This document shows, one piece after another, positions 36,032 to 47,045 of a stretch of DNA of 64,000 bases (positions within the stretch are counted from its first letter, which is position 1; each line of letters starts with the position of its first letter). The DNA is from an uncultured Methanomicrobiaceae archaeon (GTDB lineage: Archaea; Halobacteriota; Methanomicrobia; Methanomicrobiales; Methanoculleaceae). The notes beneath the pieces were generated by a model. The model was not told the origin of the DNA, ran no database searches, and saw nothing but the letters and a program-made list of their open reading frames with translations. The stretch lies in the NCBI GenBank assembly GCA_963826525.1, contig CAWGXH010000004.1:192001-256000 (forward strand), read 5' to 3'. The position numbers and the translations under genes are program-made.

Positions 36032-36158
36032 CTTCTCTCACTCCTATGGGTAACTCATGCGGACACACACTTCATCAAGGGAGATCCGAAACGATCTCGC
36101 TCGATGACGTGCGGCCCCCTGCGGCCTCACTCATTCCGGAGTAGATCCTGCGAGGGTC

Positions 36159-37592
36159 CTACTCCTTCCCAAAGAACTGCCGCATGAACGGGTACATCTC
36201 CATGATCTGCTGGCTCGCGATCTCTTCGTAGAGACGATAGGTGATACTCACCGCAAGCAGCAGACCGGTACCACCGACTGCGCCGATAATGCCGAAGAGG
36301 TTTGCAACCACACTCAGCACACCGATGAACGCGCCACCGATGACAGTGACCCTCGGGATATACCGATCCAGGTACTTCTCGAGCACCTGGGCATTGCGCC
36401 GGTACCCGGGGATGTGCATCCCGCTCATCTGGATCTGGCGGGCAACGTCCTTGGAATCAAGGCCGGCCGTCTTAATCCAGAAGAGGGCGAATACCGCACC
36501 CCCGACCACCATGAATGTGATATCAACGCCCATACGTATGAGGATTTCCCACGGGGCGTGCCCGAGGTCGCTGAGCCACCACATCCAGTCCTGCGGGGAG
36601 TTGATAGGGGCGAGGTAGTACATGAGACCGTTAACCGGCGTCTGCCCCTGATACTCACCGAAGATGGTAATGCCCACGTTCGAGAGGAACAGTCCTATCA
36701 TCTGGATGTTCGCCTGCAGCACACGGACGAGGATCATCGGCAGCACGCTGGCGTAGATGAGCTTTACCGGGAACCGTGCACGGGCTCCGCGGACGGCCGT
36801 ATGGGCAAGCGGGATCTCAATCCGGGTCGACTCGACGTAGACGACGACCAGGAAGATCGCGAGAGTCGTGATGAGGGCGAGGACATCCGTTCCGAAGTAC
36901 TCGAGGAAATTTCCACCCTCCATAGCGATGGAAAAGAGTCTCGGGAAGAATCCGACCGGGAACTGATCACTCACTGCCTCCCAGTTCAGGAACCCGTTCA
37001 CGAGACCCTCCGAGACACCGGCGACGATGAAGAGCCCCACACCGGAGCCGACACCCCACTTGGTGACCACCTCATCCATGAACATCACCAGCACTCCGCC
37101 GATGCAGATCTGGATAAAGATCAGGAGCGAGACGATCGCCATATTACCGCCGAAGAGATCCATGGCGACTGCAGGGTCGGGGAGCATGGACCCACCCACG
37201 ATCATCGGGAGAGCCTCGACGACGATCATCACGAAGATGAGCATCTTCTGCAGGCCCATGTACATGACCTGTCCACGCGCCTCGCTGGTATCTATCTGCA
37301 GGATATCGGCACCCTTGAGCAGCTGCAGCACGATCGATGCGGTGACGATCGGCCCAATACCGAGATGCAGGATCGAACCGCTCGCACCGGCAAGCAGGGC
37401 TCGGTAAAATGAGAAGAAATCTTGCGACTCAGGAGAGAGTCCGAAGACAGTAATATTTGTCAGCACGAAGTACAGGAGCAGAATCCCGAGCGTCCACAAC
37501 AGTTTATTTTTGAAGTGAACGTGGCCCTCCGGACTTTTGACCGCAGGCATTGCTGCAAGCAAGGGTTCAAGTCTATCCAGCAGACTCGCCAT
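36159..37592 (-). CDS. secY: Preprotein translocase SecY
   Basis: LGIGPIVTASI, KWGVGSGVGLFI, GGTGLLLAVSI. Confidence 0.98.
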   Translation of the reverse strand: MASLLDRLEPLLAAMPAVKSPEGHVHFKNKLLWTLGILLLYFVLTNITVFGLSPESQDFFSFYRALLAGASGSILHLGIGPIVTASIVLQLLKGADILQIDTSEARGQVMYMGLQKMLIFVMIVVEALPMIVGGSMLPDPAVAMDLFGGNMAIVSLLIFIQICIGGVLVMFMDEVVTKWGVGSGVGLFIVAGVSEGLVNGFLNWEAVSDQFPVGFFPRLFSIAMEGGNFLEYFGTDVLALITTLAIFLVVVYVESTRIEIPLAHTAVRGARARFPVKLIYASVLPMILVRVLQANIQMIGLFLSNVGITIFGEYQGQTPVNGLMYYLAPINSPQDWMWWLSDLGHAPWEILIRMGVDITFMVVGGAVFALFWIKTAGLDSKDVARQIQMSGMHIPGYRRNAQVLEKYLDRYIPRVTVIGGAFIGVLSVVANLFGIIGAVGGTGLLLAVSITYRLYEEIASQQIMEMYPFMRQFFGKE

Positions 37593-37614
37593 AGTTTCAC
37601 CTGGAAAAATTTAG

Positions 37615-38040
37615 TTAAGCGGTGGTTGCCTGACCGCCCATCTCTTCAATCTTTGCCTTGGCACGTTCTGAGAACGCTCCGGCAGAAATATTCAGTTTTC
37701 GGGTGACTTTTCCGCCACCGAGAACTTTCTCGACACCGATGTCAGAGGCCTCGATGGTTATCAGGTCGCCCTCCGCCGTCGCAAGACCGTTCTGGAGGAG
37801 TGCGTCCACCATCTGGTCGATATCCCCGATATCGAGAACGTTCACGGATACGCCCGTCTTCGAGACGAACCCGTGCTTTCCGTTGTGTACCTCACCGTAG
37901 AGCAGGAAGTGGGTGAAGCGGTGGTCACGGTGACCTGCCCGTCCTCGTCCTCCCCTGTTTCCGGCACCGCGCCTGTTCTTGTGCGTTCCGCCTCCGCAGG
38001 TCCGCGAGCCTCTGTATTTGGATCTCTTATTTACCGGCAC
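37615..38040 (-). CDS. rpl15: 50S ribosomal protein uL15
   Basis: RGSRTCGGGTHKNRRGAGNRGGRG; GTG start after GAGGTGA. Confidence 0.95.
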   Translation of the reverse strand: MPVNKRSKYRGSRTCGGGTHKNRRGAGNRGGRGRAGHRDHRFTHFLLYGEVHNGKHGFVSKTGVSVNVLDIGDIDQMVDALLQNGLATAEGDLITIEASDIGVEKVLGGGKVTRKLNISAGAFSERAKAKIEEMGGQATTA

Positions 38041-38045
38041 CCATC

Positions 38046-38507
38046 TCACCTCATTTTGTGGAGGAGATCATTGATCTCACAGCCATAGTAGCCGAGAGCC
38101 CCACCCTGCTGAAAGGTTCGCTTGATAGTTTTATAGCCCTTTCGAGGTGGATGCAGTCTCAGCACCGGCTTCATCTCAGCCACGTCCTTGATATCGGCAT
38201 CGCCGTTCACGAGTGCCTGCGCATACTCCTCGATGCTGCCGAACCGGGTCGTCTCCCGGATATACTCGTCGGTCAGCTTCTGGTCACCGGTGAGTCTTCC
38301 ACGGGTGCGCAGAACGGTAGCGAGCGTATCAGCGTCGACTTCGCCATACGCGACGAAGTCCTTTACCTTCCGGATCATACCGAGGTATGCCGGGGTATCG
38401 GGAACGATGACACAGTGGTTGATGTGGTGCAGACGGAGCATCTTCAGAGTATCCTTGATCTCGCGTCCGGTATTGACAACGCCACGTACCTGAACAACTG
38501 CGTACAT
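38046..38507 (-). CDS. rpl30: 50S ribosomal protein uL30
   Basis: [17 protein letters not shown]. Confidence 0.95.
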   Translation of the reverse strand: MYAVVQVRGVVNTGREIKDTLKMLRLHHINHCVIVPDTPAYLGMIRKVKDFVAYGEVDADTLATVLRTRGRLTGDQKLTDEYIRETTRFGSIEEYAQALVNGDADIKDVAEMKPVLRLHPPRKGYKTIKRTFQQGGALGYYGCEINDLLHKMR

Positions 38508-39124
38508 TATTCCAAACCTCCGATCCGCACCATATTCGTCTGCTTCAGCGCCTCGAAAGTCGCTTTTGCAAAGTTAATAGTCGTCCTGGTCTGTCCCCGG
38601 GTAAATGCCCAGACATCCTTGACGCCTGCCAGCTGCAGTACCTTCTTTGAGATGTCTCCGGTCACAAGACCGAGTCCCTGCGGTGCCGGCTTGAGCGTCA
38701 CCTTGACACTGCCTGCCTTGCCCGTCACTTCGACCGGGATAGAGTGAGACAGGTCGCAGCCGCACTCCCAGCTTCCACAGCCTCTCCTGACCTTCAGGAC
38801 ATTGAGTTTTGCGTCTGCAATTGCTTTCTGGATTGCATTGCCGACCTGCGCATCCTTGCCCTGACCGAAACCGACATACCCGTTACGGTTGCCGACAACC
38901 ACCACAGCACGGAACTTTACACGGCGACCCGAATCGGTCATCCGCTGCACCATGTTAATGTCGAGCACTTCATCCTCAAGGTCGGACAGCAGCGCATCGA
39001 CGATCTGAGGTTCTTTGATCGGATGGCCGCTCGCGAGCACCTCGTCGATGCTCGTGATCTCGCCTGCGGCAACAGCCCGGCCAAGACCAGTGAGCGGAAC
39101 CCATTCAACATGTTCGTACGCCAT
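38507..39124 (-). CDS. rps5: 30S ribosomal protein uS5
   Basis: [39 protein letters not shown]. Confidence 0.95.
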   Translation of the reverse strand: MAYEHVEWVPLTGLGRAVAAGEITSIDEVLASGHPIKEPQIVDALLSDLEDEVLDINMVQRMTDSGRRVKFRAVVVVGNRNGYVGFGQGKDAQVGNAIQKAIADAKLNVLKVRRGCGSWECGCDLSHSIPVEVTGKAGSVKVTLKPAPQGLGLVTGDISKKVLQLAGVKDVWAFTRGQTRTTINFAKATFEALKQTNMVRIGGLE

Positions 39125-39654
39125 ATCACGCCACTCCTTCATAATGGCATCTGCCACTTTCTCTACGTTCTCAACCAAATTCCCGGCCCTTTCGGGAGCA
39201 TACTCTGCGATATGGGTACCTTTGAGACGGCTCTCGTCAGGAAGAATGGACTCCCCGTAAGGCACCTCAAGTCCGGCATCGACCGCACCTTTCAGTGCAG
39301 CAAAGACCCGTGCGCCGGGTTTTGCCCTGTTCAGGCCAATATCCAGAATTGCCTCATCATATCCTGCATTCAGTGCCTTTGCGGCAAAGAGCATCCCGGT
39401 GAGGTATGCTGCAGGCGTGTTCGAGGTCGAGCCCTCGTAGCCGTATGCTGCAAGCTCGCTCGAGTACGCCGCGATCAGCGTCTTATCGCCGATCATCTCG
39501 GGAACGACCAGCCTGCACGATGATCTGGCGGTTCGTCTTCCGAACGACCATGCGGGGCGCATCGGCGACCAGAAGGTTCATGCGTTTGTAGTAGTCGGTC
39601 TTCCCTTCTTTTCTCCTGCGGAAGGGAACAAAGTATCTCAGGTCCGGTTGCCAT
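39125..39654 (-). CDS. rpl18: 50S ribosomal protein uL18 (several indels; appears fused to S5 in the ORF track by error)
   Basis: [37 protein letters not shown]. Confidence 0.9.
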
Positions 39655-40106
39655 TATTTCATCCTCCCAGCCTGGAGTTCCACCTGTGCTTTCAGGTGTG
39701 CAACACTGCGGAACTGACCGCCCGAAGATCGCCGGTACATCAGACGATACAGGGGGCGCTCGATAGTTCCATCGTCCCGCATCTCGCGGAGCACCCGGCG
39801 CTGTGCACGGACCTTGCGGATCCAGACGCGCTTGCTCGGGTTGCGTGCACCTGCGGCACCTTTCCTCGAACCGGGGCCTTTACGGTGACCGTACGCCCTC
39901 TTGGCAATCGTCTCCCGTGCCCTGCCACGGCTGTTTCCTTTCACACGCCGTGCCTTGACTGCTCCCTCGTCAATGAGACCACGCAGGTCTTCACGGGAAA
40001 TAGCAGCCTCGATATCAGCCATTCGCTCGGGGTCGAGCCATATGCGGTTCAGACCGCACTTCAGGATCGAGGCGGAGATACGCCTCTGGTTAACGAGATC
40101 ACTCAT
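39654..40106 (-). CDS. rpl19e: 50S ribosomal protein eL19
   Basis: RIWLDP, SRGRAR, GPGSRKG. Confidence 0.96.
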   Translation of the reverse strand: MSDLVNQRRISASILKCGLNRIWLDPERMADIEAAISREDLRGLIDEGAVKARRVKGNSRGRARETIAKRAYGHRKGPGSRKGAAGARNPSKRVWIRKVRAQRRVLREMRDDGTIERPLYRLMYRRSSGGQFRSVAHLKAQVELQAGRMK

Positions 40107-40527
40107 TCTCGCTCACCTCCGGTGCAGACTCTGTTTCCGGGGCGGTTACTGCCTTTGCGTTCAGGACTTTCAGACCGAGTCTGAGTGCCTGCTCCTGGAT
40201 GATCGCCCGCTTTCTGCCGCCGACCGTTCCGCCGATCCTGACGGCCTGGGTCTTCGGGTCCACTCCGGCAAGCTCGCTCGGAGCAAAAACCAGTACATCC
40301 TCAAATCCGCTCGGGTGCAGTCCGCGTACGGCAGCGGGGCTTCCGTATCCCGGCTGAGGGATTGCTCCCTTGGCCTTGAATTGTCTCCGCTGCTTGTTGT
40401 GCAGACCGCGCGGGCGTCTCCACGTGTCCTCCAGCTGCTTCTTCTGCGCAAGGCCTCTGCGCTTGAAGCTCGGCTTGTTGTGCTGTGAACGGACACGGAT
40501 TAATCTCTTTCTCTCTTCCATCTCCAT
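40099..40527 (-). CDS. rpl32e: 50S ribosomal protein eL32
   Basis: WRRPRG, GYGSP, RGLHPSG. Confidence 0.95.
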   Translation of the reverse strand: MEMEERKRLIRVRSQHNKPSFKRRGLAQKKQLEDTWRRPRGLHNKQRRQFKAKGAIPQPGYGSPAAVRGLHPSGFEDVLVFAPSELAGVDPKTQAVRIGGTVGGRKRAIIQEQALRLGLKVLNAKAVTAPETESAPEVSENE

Positions 40528-41051
40528 CACGCCTTCTCGATGATATAGATACCATCCTGGAACACACGGGGATCGCGCTTGGTGATCTTGGTGGCATGCT
40601 CGATATTCGCTGCGGTGTTCCCTACCTTCTCCTTGTCGATGCCGCTCACGGTGACCTCGTCGTTGCCGATCTTCACGGTCACGCCCGGCACGATCTTTGC
40701 GATACGGGCCTGCTTCTCGCCAAGGAAGTTGTTGATCTCGAGGCGATCGCTCTGCAGCTTCATCTGGATCGGGAAATGACTGTACACCACTTTCATGTTG
40801 TACTCAAACCCGTTCCGGACACCCCGGATCAAGTTCTTCGAATGCGCTTCAATCGTTCCGCACATTGCGAGGATCTGCTTCTTGTCGGAGCGGGTGGAGA
40901 TGACGAGTTCGCCGTTCTCGATCGCGATTCTGATCTGCGGGAACCGCATATCGCGCTCGTTGCTGCCTTTCGCACCGGAGACCTTCAGAATCGTCCCTTC
41001 GAGGGTGACCGTCACGTCGCCCGGGATCTCAACAGTTCTTGTGATTCCCAT
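40527..41051 (-). CDS. rpl6: 50S ribosomal protein uL6
   Basis: YSHFP, NFLGEK, DPRVFQDGIYI. Confidence 0.96.
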   Translation of the reverse strand: MGITRTVEIPGDVTVTLEGTILKVSGAKGSNERDMRFPQIRIAIENGELVISTRSDKKQILAMCGTIEAHSKNLIRGVRNGFEYNMKVVYSHFPIQMKLQSDRLEINNFLGEKQARIAKIVPGVTVKIGNDEVTVSGIDKEKVGNTAANIEHATKITKRDPRVFQDGIYIIEKA

Positions 41052-41065
41052 CTCTGCAACTCCCT

Positions 41066-41458
41066 CTAGTAGACGTATCCCAGCAGCTGACCGCCGATAC
41101 CCTCGGCCCGTGCCTGTTCGTGAGACATGACGCCGCGTGAGGTGGAGACGATGAGAATGCCGAAGTTCTTGGCCGGGAGAAACTGTGACTCCCAGTATTC
41201 CATCTCATCGAGACCCACTGCAAACCGCTGCGAGACTGCACCGCATTTATTGATGGTACCGCGAAGCTGGACGCGGAACTGACCGCCACGTCCGTCTTCG
41301 ATGAACTCGAAGCCGGCGATATAGTTCTTCTCCTCCATGATGCGCAGCATTGCGCCGAGGAGTTTGCTAGCCGGTTCGATGTACACTTCGCTCTTGCCTA
41401 CATCACCGGCGTTCTTGATAGTGCACATCGCGTCGGCAATTGGATTTAATCGTGCCAT
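41066..41458 (-). CDS. rps8: 30S ribosomal protein uS8
   Basis: [28 protein letters not shown]. Confidence 0.96.
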   Translation of the reverse strand: MARLNPIADAMCTIKNAGDVGKSEVYIEPASKLLGAMLRIMEEKNYIAGFEFIEDGRGGQFRVQLRGTINKCGAVSQRFAVGLDEMEYWESQFLPAKNFGILIVSTSRGVMSHEQARAEGIGGQLLGYVY

Positions 41459-41469
41459 ATTCGAATCCC

Positions 41470-41649
41470 TCAGTTCATCTTCTTAAAGCCCATCTTCGAT
41501 GCCCACTCGCGGAAGCACTGGCGGCAGAAGTAGATATTGTACCGGCGTACCAGACCCTGCTTGCGTGCGCAGATGCGGCACTCGTTCGCACCGCGGCCGA
41601 ACTTCTTTGCAGAACTTCCTTCGGGGGTGTTTTTCTTCTGTTCTGCCAT
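41470..41649 (-). CDS. rps14: 30S ribosomal protein uS14 (Zn-binding)
   Basis: CRIC...CRQCFRE...GFKK. Confidence 0.95.
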   Translation of the reverse strand: MAEQKKNTPEGSSAKKFGRGANECRICARKQGLVRRYNIYFCRQCFREWASKMGFKKMN

Positions 41650-41653
41650 TGTA

Positions 41654-42157
41654 TTACACCTCCACCTGGTAGCGCTCACGCATGAACGCTATCGCTTCGT
41701 CCTTGCTCACTTTCTGCTTGGCAGGGATCTTCCGCCGCTCGGCGAGTCTTCGTGCAATCCGAACGCCCTTGCGCTCCAGGACGACGTTGACATCCATGCC
41801 GTAGATACCGATCGTCGGATCGTAGCTCATGCCGGGGAAGTCGGTGTGTTCTTCGATACCGAAGGAGACGTTCCCTGTCCGGTCGAACTGCGATATGGCA
41901 AGGTCCCGCTCGATGATTGCGAGAGCGGTCTGTACGAACGACTCCGCAGTCTTTCTCCGGAGCGTGACCTTGCACCCGATCGGGGCGCCCTTCCTGATAC
42001 CGAACGCCGGCTGCGTCCTCTTCGCGATAGTGCGAACGGGTTTCTGGCCGGTGATAGCTTTTACGATCTCCTCGGCCTTTACCAGTCGTTCGCCGCTCTC
42101 GCCGACGCCCATGTGAACAATGACCTTATCGATATAGATATCCTGCATTGCGGTCAT
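41654..42157 (-). CDS. rpl5: 50S ribosomal protein uL5
   Basis: [32 protein letters not shown]. Confidence 0.96.
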   Translation of the reverse strand: MTAMQDIYIDKVIVHMGVGESGERLVKAEEIVKAITGQKPVRTIAKRTQPAFGIRKGAPIGCKVTLRRKTAESFVQTALAIIERDLAISQFDRTGNVSFGIEEHTDFPGMSYDPTIGIYGMDVNVVLERKGVRIARRLAERRKIPAKQKVSKDEAIAFMRERYQVEV

Positions 42158-42885
42158 TCTTCAGCCTCCAGCTGCAGTTCGCCGGGAACATACCCGGAGC
42201 GGCCGACCATGAAGATGTACTCGTCGATGGTGTCGAACCGGGTGTTTGAACCCATATCCTCAAGTGTTACGCGGTTTGGAACGCTGCTCGGGGTCTTCGT
42301 GATCTCGACGATGGTGCCGATCATACCGGAGTGGCGTCCACCGATGATCATGGCCGTATTGCCGACCGCGAAGGGGAAATGATCCGTGATGGTGAAGCGG
42401 TTCTCGCCTTCGAGCGTGAGGACGATCGAGTCCTTCGGCTTGTAGGTGTTGTCGGCGAGGACGTTGGCACCGTAGTTGAGGTTGAGCTGCACCCTGCCGC
42501 CACTGACGATCGTCTTGTTGCGGATTCTGCAGAGACGGGACTGTGCCGCCGCCTCGGGGATCTCGACGGAGACCAGCCTGCCACGCACGTCCAGCTGAAC
42601 CCGGTAGTACCGTCCGATCTTCGGGATCGCGATGATATCGAAGACTCCGATACCGATCTTCGGGTCACGGGCGGGCTTGCCGTTCAGGATGACTGCGTGC
42701 TGCGAGAGGATCTGCTTGACCTCTTTCATATTGTTGGCAAGGCCTGCATGTTCCCGGAGCCAGACGCCGATCGGCATTGCCTGTCCGCTGTGCGGGCCCG
42801 GGGCCGTCTTCGATACGAATTTCTTTACTTTCTTTGGAATGTGCCACGAGTCGGGTGCCACCAGACGCTTCAGATGCTTCGACAT
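42154..42885 (-). CDS. rps4e: 30S ribosomal protein eS4
   Basis: [20 protein letters not shown]. Confidence 0.96.
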   Translation of the reverse strand: MSKHLKRLVAPDSWHIPKKVKKFVSKTAPGPHSGQAMPIGVWLREHAGLANNMKEVKQILSQHAVILNGKPARDPKIGIGVFDIIAIPKIGRYYRVQLDVRGRLVSVEIPEAAAQSRLCRIRNKTIVSGGRVQLNLNYGANVLADNTYKPKDSIVLTLEGENRFTITDHFPFAVGNTAMIIGGRHSGMIGTIVEITKTPSSVPNRVTLEDMGSNTRFDTIDEYIFMVGRSGYVPGELQLEAEE

Positions 42886-43250
42886 TATTGACCCTCCCCA
42901 AGTCTCGTCTCACGCAGTTTGTCCTTGAGGTTGAGCTTCGTGATCTGCACGTTCGAGGGATCGACCGGACGCGGAACCTCGGTTCCGTCGGCCTTGGTCA
43001 CCATCACGCCGTGCACGAGCAGTTTGCACTTGTTCATATCGACTCCGTCGACAATGCCTTCCTCACCGGCGAAGTCGCCGCGGAAGACCTTGACGGTGTC
43101 TCCCGTGATGACCCGCGTCCGGCGGGTGCTGTACTTCTCCCGGAGCGCCGGAGCAAGCGGAGCGGAAAGGAACCGTCCCTTCTGATGAATGGGTGCGGTA
43201 TAGCGTGCTTTGCGCTGTTTTCTTGGTTGTTTACTGATTACGCGAACCAT
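42885..43250 (-). CDS. rpl24: 50S ribosomal protein uL24
   Basis: SKQPRKQRK, GDTVKVFRG. Confidence 0.95.
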   Translation of the reverse strand: MVRVISKQPRKQRKARYTAPIHQKGRFLSAPLAPALREKYSTRRTRVITGDTVKVFRGDFAGEEGIVDGVDMNKCKLLVHGVMVTKADGTEVPRPVDPSNVQITKLNLKDKLRETRLGEGQ

Positions 43251-43260
43251 TAGCCGCACC

Positions 43261-43659
43261 TCATACAATGATCGTCGCCATGGAGGCGATCTTCGGGAAG
43301 CGTTCCGCTACTTCACGGGGAACAGGACCTTTGATCTCGGTTCCTTTGGGCTCGCCACGCTCGTTCACAAGAACCATGGCGTTATCCTCGAACGAGACAC
43401 GAAGACCGTTCGGGCGGCGCATCTCCTTCTTCTGCCTGATGACAACCGCTTTTTCAAGTTTCCGGCGCATCTCGGGGGTACCCTTCTTGACGCTCACGGT
43501 CGCGAGATCGCCGATACCGAGGCATGGCTGTCTCCGCCGGACGCCGTGGAACCGGTCGACCGAGAGAACCTGCACCATGCGGGCTCCGGTGTTGTCTGCA
43601 CAGACCATCCTCGAACCGGTGTTCAGTGATCTCGGGATAGTCGACTGCTTCGCCTTCAT
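43261..43659 (-). CDS. rpl14: 50S ribosomal protein uL14
   Basis: [21 protein letters not shown]. Confidence 0.96.
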   Translation of the reverse strand: MKAKQSTIPRSLNTGSRMVCADNTGARMVQVLSVDRFHGVRRRQPCLGIGDLATVSVKKGTPEMRRKLEKAVVIRQKKEMRRPNGLRVSFEDNAMVLVNERGEPKGTEIKGPVPREVAERFPKIASMATIIV

Positions 43660-43982
43660 TCCTTCAACACCTCCACCACAACGAACGTCTTCGTCTTGGA
43701 AAGCGGTCTGCATTCGGCGACCTTCACCATATCACCGATAGCCGCATCGATACACGGCGTGCTGTGAGCGTGAAGTTTCGAACTGCGCTTTTCATATCGT
43801 TTGTATTTCTTGACGTAGTGCAGGAAGTCACGCTCCACTACGACCGTGCCGTTCATACGATCGCTCACGACTTTGCCGGTAATCACCTGGCCGCGTACCG
43901 GCAAACTGCCGTGAAACGGACAATTCACGTCGCTGCACTCCTTCTCCGGAGCCGGGACGTTCAATCCAATATCTTTTGCCAT
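43656..43982 (-). CDS. rps17: 30S ribosomal protein uS17
   Basis: [22 protein letters not shown]. Confidence 0.96.
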   Translation of the reverse strand: MAKDIGLNVPAPEKECSDVNCPFHGSLPVRGQVITGKVVSDRMNGTVVVERDFLHYVKKYKRYEKRSSKLHAHSTPCIDAAIGDMVKVAECRPLSKTKTFVVVEVLKE

Positions 43983-43993
43983 CGTTCACCCTC

Positions 43994-44269
43994 TTATTGT
44001 TTCATGCGCATTGTAATGCGTTTATCAGGCTGCGACACCAGTGTCGAGCCGTCGACTTCTACGAGATCTCCCCCGGGAAGACGGATACGAAGGATACTGT
44101 ATCGCTTCTGGATCCGCTTCAGACCACGCTCGGTCGCGACGACCAGCGTGTTCCGGGTTTCATCAATGATCCTGCCGCAGATGCCGACGTGGCTCGGGTT
44201 ACTGGCACCGGCTACCAGAACGTTCATGCCGATGAGCTCGTGCCGAAGAACGTTCTGGGGAGAGATCAT
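43994..44269 (-). CDS. rnp1: RNase P protein component 1 (Rpp29)
   Basis: HELIG, GRIIDETRNTL; canonical position. Confidence 0.93.
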   Translation of the reverse strand: MISPQNVLRHELIGMNVLVAGASNPSHVGICGRIIDETRNTLVVATERGLKRIQKRYSILRIRLPGGDLVEVDGSTLVSQPDKRITMRMKQ

Positions 44270-44469
44270 GCCCTTCTCCTGCTGTTCTGCTCGGTCTTGA
44301 TACGTGCAATCGTTCTCCTGATCTCACGTATCCGTCCGGGATTCTCCGTGGCACCGCCAGCGCTGACCTTGCCGCGCGCCTGTATGAGCTCGAGCTGCAG
44401 TTTCTGCCCCTGCTCCTGGAGTTCGACATCGGAGAGCTGACGCACTTCCTCTGCTCGAAAGATTGCCAT
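44266..44469 (-). CDS. rpl29: 50S ribosomal protein uL29
   Basis: ENPGRIREIRRTIARIKT. Confidence 0.95.
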   Translation of the reverse strand: MAIFRAEEVRQLSDVELQEQGQKLQLELIQARGKVSAGGATENPGRIREIRRTIARIKTEQNSRRRA

Positions 44470-45171
44470 TTATCTCTCCTCCACGTACACGTCCTCGACA
44501 GACTCTACAAGCTCTTCCTCGAACTCATCGCCGACTTCTTCGACCTCGACGACCGGCTCCAGGGCCTTCTTCCGGGTAGGAGGAAGAACCTCGAAGGTGT
44601 CGGGCAGACGTGCATCCGGAGGTACAATCTTGACCTGGACGCCGATAAGACCGAGTTTCTTGATAGCGATCGCGTAACCCTTCTCGACGATGGTCTCGCT
44701 CGGCTCACCGCAGTGCTTGACGTAGCCCTCGACGAACTTCTGCGTCCGGGCACGGGCACCGGTCAGCTTGCCGGCGACGATGACCTCGCAGCCGAGCGCT
44801 CCGGCATCCATGACGCGCCGAATCGTGCTCTGACCGGCCTTTCTGAAGTACCAGCCACGTTCGAGAGCGTTTGCGAGGCGTTCAGCCATAATTTGTGCGT
44901 TGAAGTTCGGGTTCTGCACCTGTTGAACCTCCACCTGCGGCGATTCGATGCCGTACTCGGTGGCGAGATCCTGTGTGATCTGGCGCACCTGCTTTCCACC
45001 CTTGCCGATCACGATACCGGGCTTCTCAGCCCAGATGGTCACCTGGGTGCCGAGAGGAGTCCGGGTAATATCCATACCACCGTAGCCGGCACGTTTCAGC
45101 TCGCGCGAGAGGTACTTCTCCACACAGACCTTACGAACGCCGTCACTGATGAATCTCTTCTCTACTGCCAT
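44470..45171 (-). CDS. rps3: 30S ribosomal protein uS3
   Basis: AGYGG, PGIVIGKGG, GCEVIVAGKL. Confidence 0.96.
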   Translation of the reverse strand: MAVEKRFISDGVRKVCVEKYLSRELKRAGYGGMDITRTPLGTQVTIWAEKPGIVIGKGGKQVRQITQDLATEYGIESPQVEVQQVQNPNFNAQIMAERLANALERGWYFRKAGQSTIRRVMDAGALGCEVIVAGKLTGARARTQKFVEGYVKHCGEPSETIVEKGYAIAIKKLGLIGVQVKIVPPDARLPDTFEVLPPTRKKALEPVVEVEEVGDEFEEELVESVEDVYVEER

Positions 45172-45632
45172 CACTCCACCTCGGTGACGATGATCTCGAT
45201 GTTCACGGTCTCCCGCCGCTTCGGGGTCGCACGACCCATTGCACGGGCGAAGAAGGCCTTAAACCCACGACCACGGTTTGCAGCGACATGGGTGATGACC
45301 AGCTTGGTTGCATCAAGACCGATGTACTCGGCGTTCTTCTCGACCGACTCGAGCAGTCTGATGTATGCCGTTGCCGCCTTCACAGGGTAGCGGCCGCCGT
45401 CCCACTTGTCAAGACCGCGCTTGTGGGCGACGTTCCGGTTGAACCGCTTGAAGGGGATAGCCTTCTTCAGCGCCACAACCTCAGCGAGATACGCCCTCGC
45501 TTCGACCGTGTTCTTGTTCCTGATGAACCTGGCAATCTCAATAGAGTGCTTGGGCGATACGGGCAGCTCGTTTGCTTTTGCCCGTGCATTGGTCTCGCCC
45601 TTTTCCTGAACCGAATAGTCCGTCCTTGCCAT
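45171..45632 (-). CDS. rpl22: 50S ribosomal protein uL22
   Basis: [21 protein letters not shown]. Confidence 0.96.
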   Translation of the reverse strand: MARTDYSVQEKGETNARAKANELPVSPKHSIEIARFIRNKNTVEARAYLAEVVALKKAIPFKRFNRNVAHKRGLDKWDGGRYPVKAATAYIRLLESVEKNAEYIGLDATKLVITHVAANRGRGFKAFFARAMGRATPKRRETVNIEIIVTEVE

Positions 45633-45637
45633 AGCCA

Positions 45638-46051
45638 TCACTTCAGCGGTACATACTTACTCGACCGGGTCGCACCGATACCGGCACTACCGTGCGCGAC
45701 TCTTCTGCGGGTCAGCGCAAATTCACCGAGATAGTGGAAGACAGCCTCGGGCTGGATCTCCACTTTCATGAAATCCTTCCCGTTGTAGACTTCAATCGTC
45801 TTTCCAATCATCTCAGGGATGATCACCAGGTCCCGAAGGTGCGTTCGGATGTTCTCGTCGCCGCCCCGGATCTCGGAGAGAAGCTTCTCATGTCCCTGCG
45901 AGAGGCCACGCTCGAATTTCCGGCGAGCACGGGCGGGCATGATGGGAATCAGTTCCGAGATGCCCATACCCTTCAGATCCTCGATCGAAAAGCCACGGTA
46001 GGTGAACTCCTCTCGCCGTCTCGGTAATCTCTTCTGTGTCTTCTTTGCCAT
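45638..46051 (-). CDS. rps19: 30S ribosomal protein uS19
   Basis: [21 protein letters not shown]. Confidence 0.96.
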   Translation of the reverse strand: MAKKTQKRLPRRREEFTYRGFSIEDLKGMGISELIPIMPARARRKFERGLSQGHEKLLSEIRGGDENIRTHLRDLVIIPEMIGKTIEVYNGKDFMKVEIQPEAVFHYLGEFALTRRRVAHGSAGIGATRSSKYVPLK

Positions 46052-46063
46052 ACTCTACACCCC

Positions 46064-46784
46064 TCACTTCTTCCACTTGCCGGTTCTCCGGGCAGCGATC
46101 GATCCGACCTTTCTTCCCGGGGATGTCCCGCGCGCGACGGTCTTCGGCCGACCGCAGTGCTGGTGACCACCGCCACCGAACGGGTGGTCGATGACGTTCA
46201 TGCAGACACCCTTCACGCGCGGCCACTTCTCTGCAGAGGACTTGACGTGGTGGTACTTCTTACCTGCCTTTACGAACGGTTTCTCACTTCGTCCGCCACC
46301 GGCAACGATACCGACCGTCGCCATGCAGACCCCGTTGAACCACTTGTTCTTCCCGCTCGGCATCCTGACGCCGACTTTACCGTCGTCGGATTTGCCGATG
46401 ATGAGTGCCTGAACACCGCTCGCACGAACGAATTTGCCGCCGTCGTTCGGCCGTGCCTCGATGTTGCAGACATATGCTCCAACCGGGATCGACCGAAGCG
46501 GCAGCGTGTTTCCGTTCTTCATCTCAACATCAGCACCCCAGGCGACCTCATCGCCGACACCGAGGCCCTCGGTGACGAGCATGTACTCCTTGCTCCCGTC
46601 TTCGAGTTTCACCAGGGCAATCGGCGTGTGGCGTGCTGGGTCGTGCTCGATGTCGATGATACGCCCTTTTACGGTTGTGATGTTGGATCCCATGTGCCGC
46701 AGGGCAGTCTTTATACCGGTGCGAAGGCGCCCGGTACGTCGGACCGCCCTTACCACGGCTCTGTGCAATAATTCGATGTGCCAT
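46064..46784 (-). CDS. rpl2: 50S ribosomal protein uL2 (frameshift ~46710)
   Basis: MAHRIIAQSRGKGGPTYRAPSHR, HDPAR, DHPFGGG. Confidence 0.95.
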
Positions 46785-46796
46785 TGCCACTCACCT

Positions 46797-47045
46797 TTAC
46801 ATTATGCCAAGCCGGCTGAGGATCTCTTCAGCGGCCTTTCCATCAGCAAAGCTCACGATGGCCTTCTTCCGGCCCTTCATGGTCATCAGCGTTCTGACCT
46901 GGGTGACTTCCTTTCCAAACGACTTCTCAAACTCGCGCTTGATGTCCTGCTTTGATGCGTCGTTGTCGACCAGAAACTGAAGTTTGCTCTCGTTCTCAAG
47001 CATCATCGTCGCTTTTTCAGTGACAAACGGATGTTTCAGTACCAT
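46797..47045 (-). CDS. rpl23: 50S ribosomal protein uL23
   Basis: HPFVTEKA, GRKKAIV. Confidence 0.95.
   Translation of the reverse strand: MVLKHPFVTEKATMMLENESKLQFLVDNDASKQDIKREFEKSFGKEVTQVRTLMTMKGRKKAIVSFADGKAAEEILSRLGIM

Noticed and set aside
38507-39562. Apparent L18-S5 fusion ORF (351 aa)
   Set aside because: An indel near 39130 removes the rpl18 stop; rps5 has its own ATG at 39124, and rpl18 has other indels.
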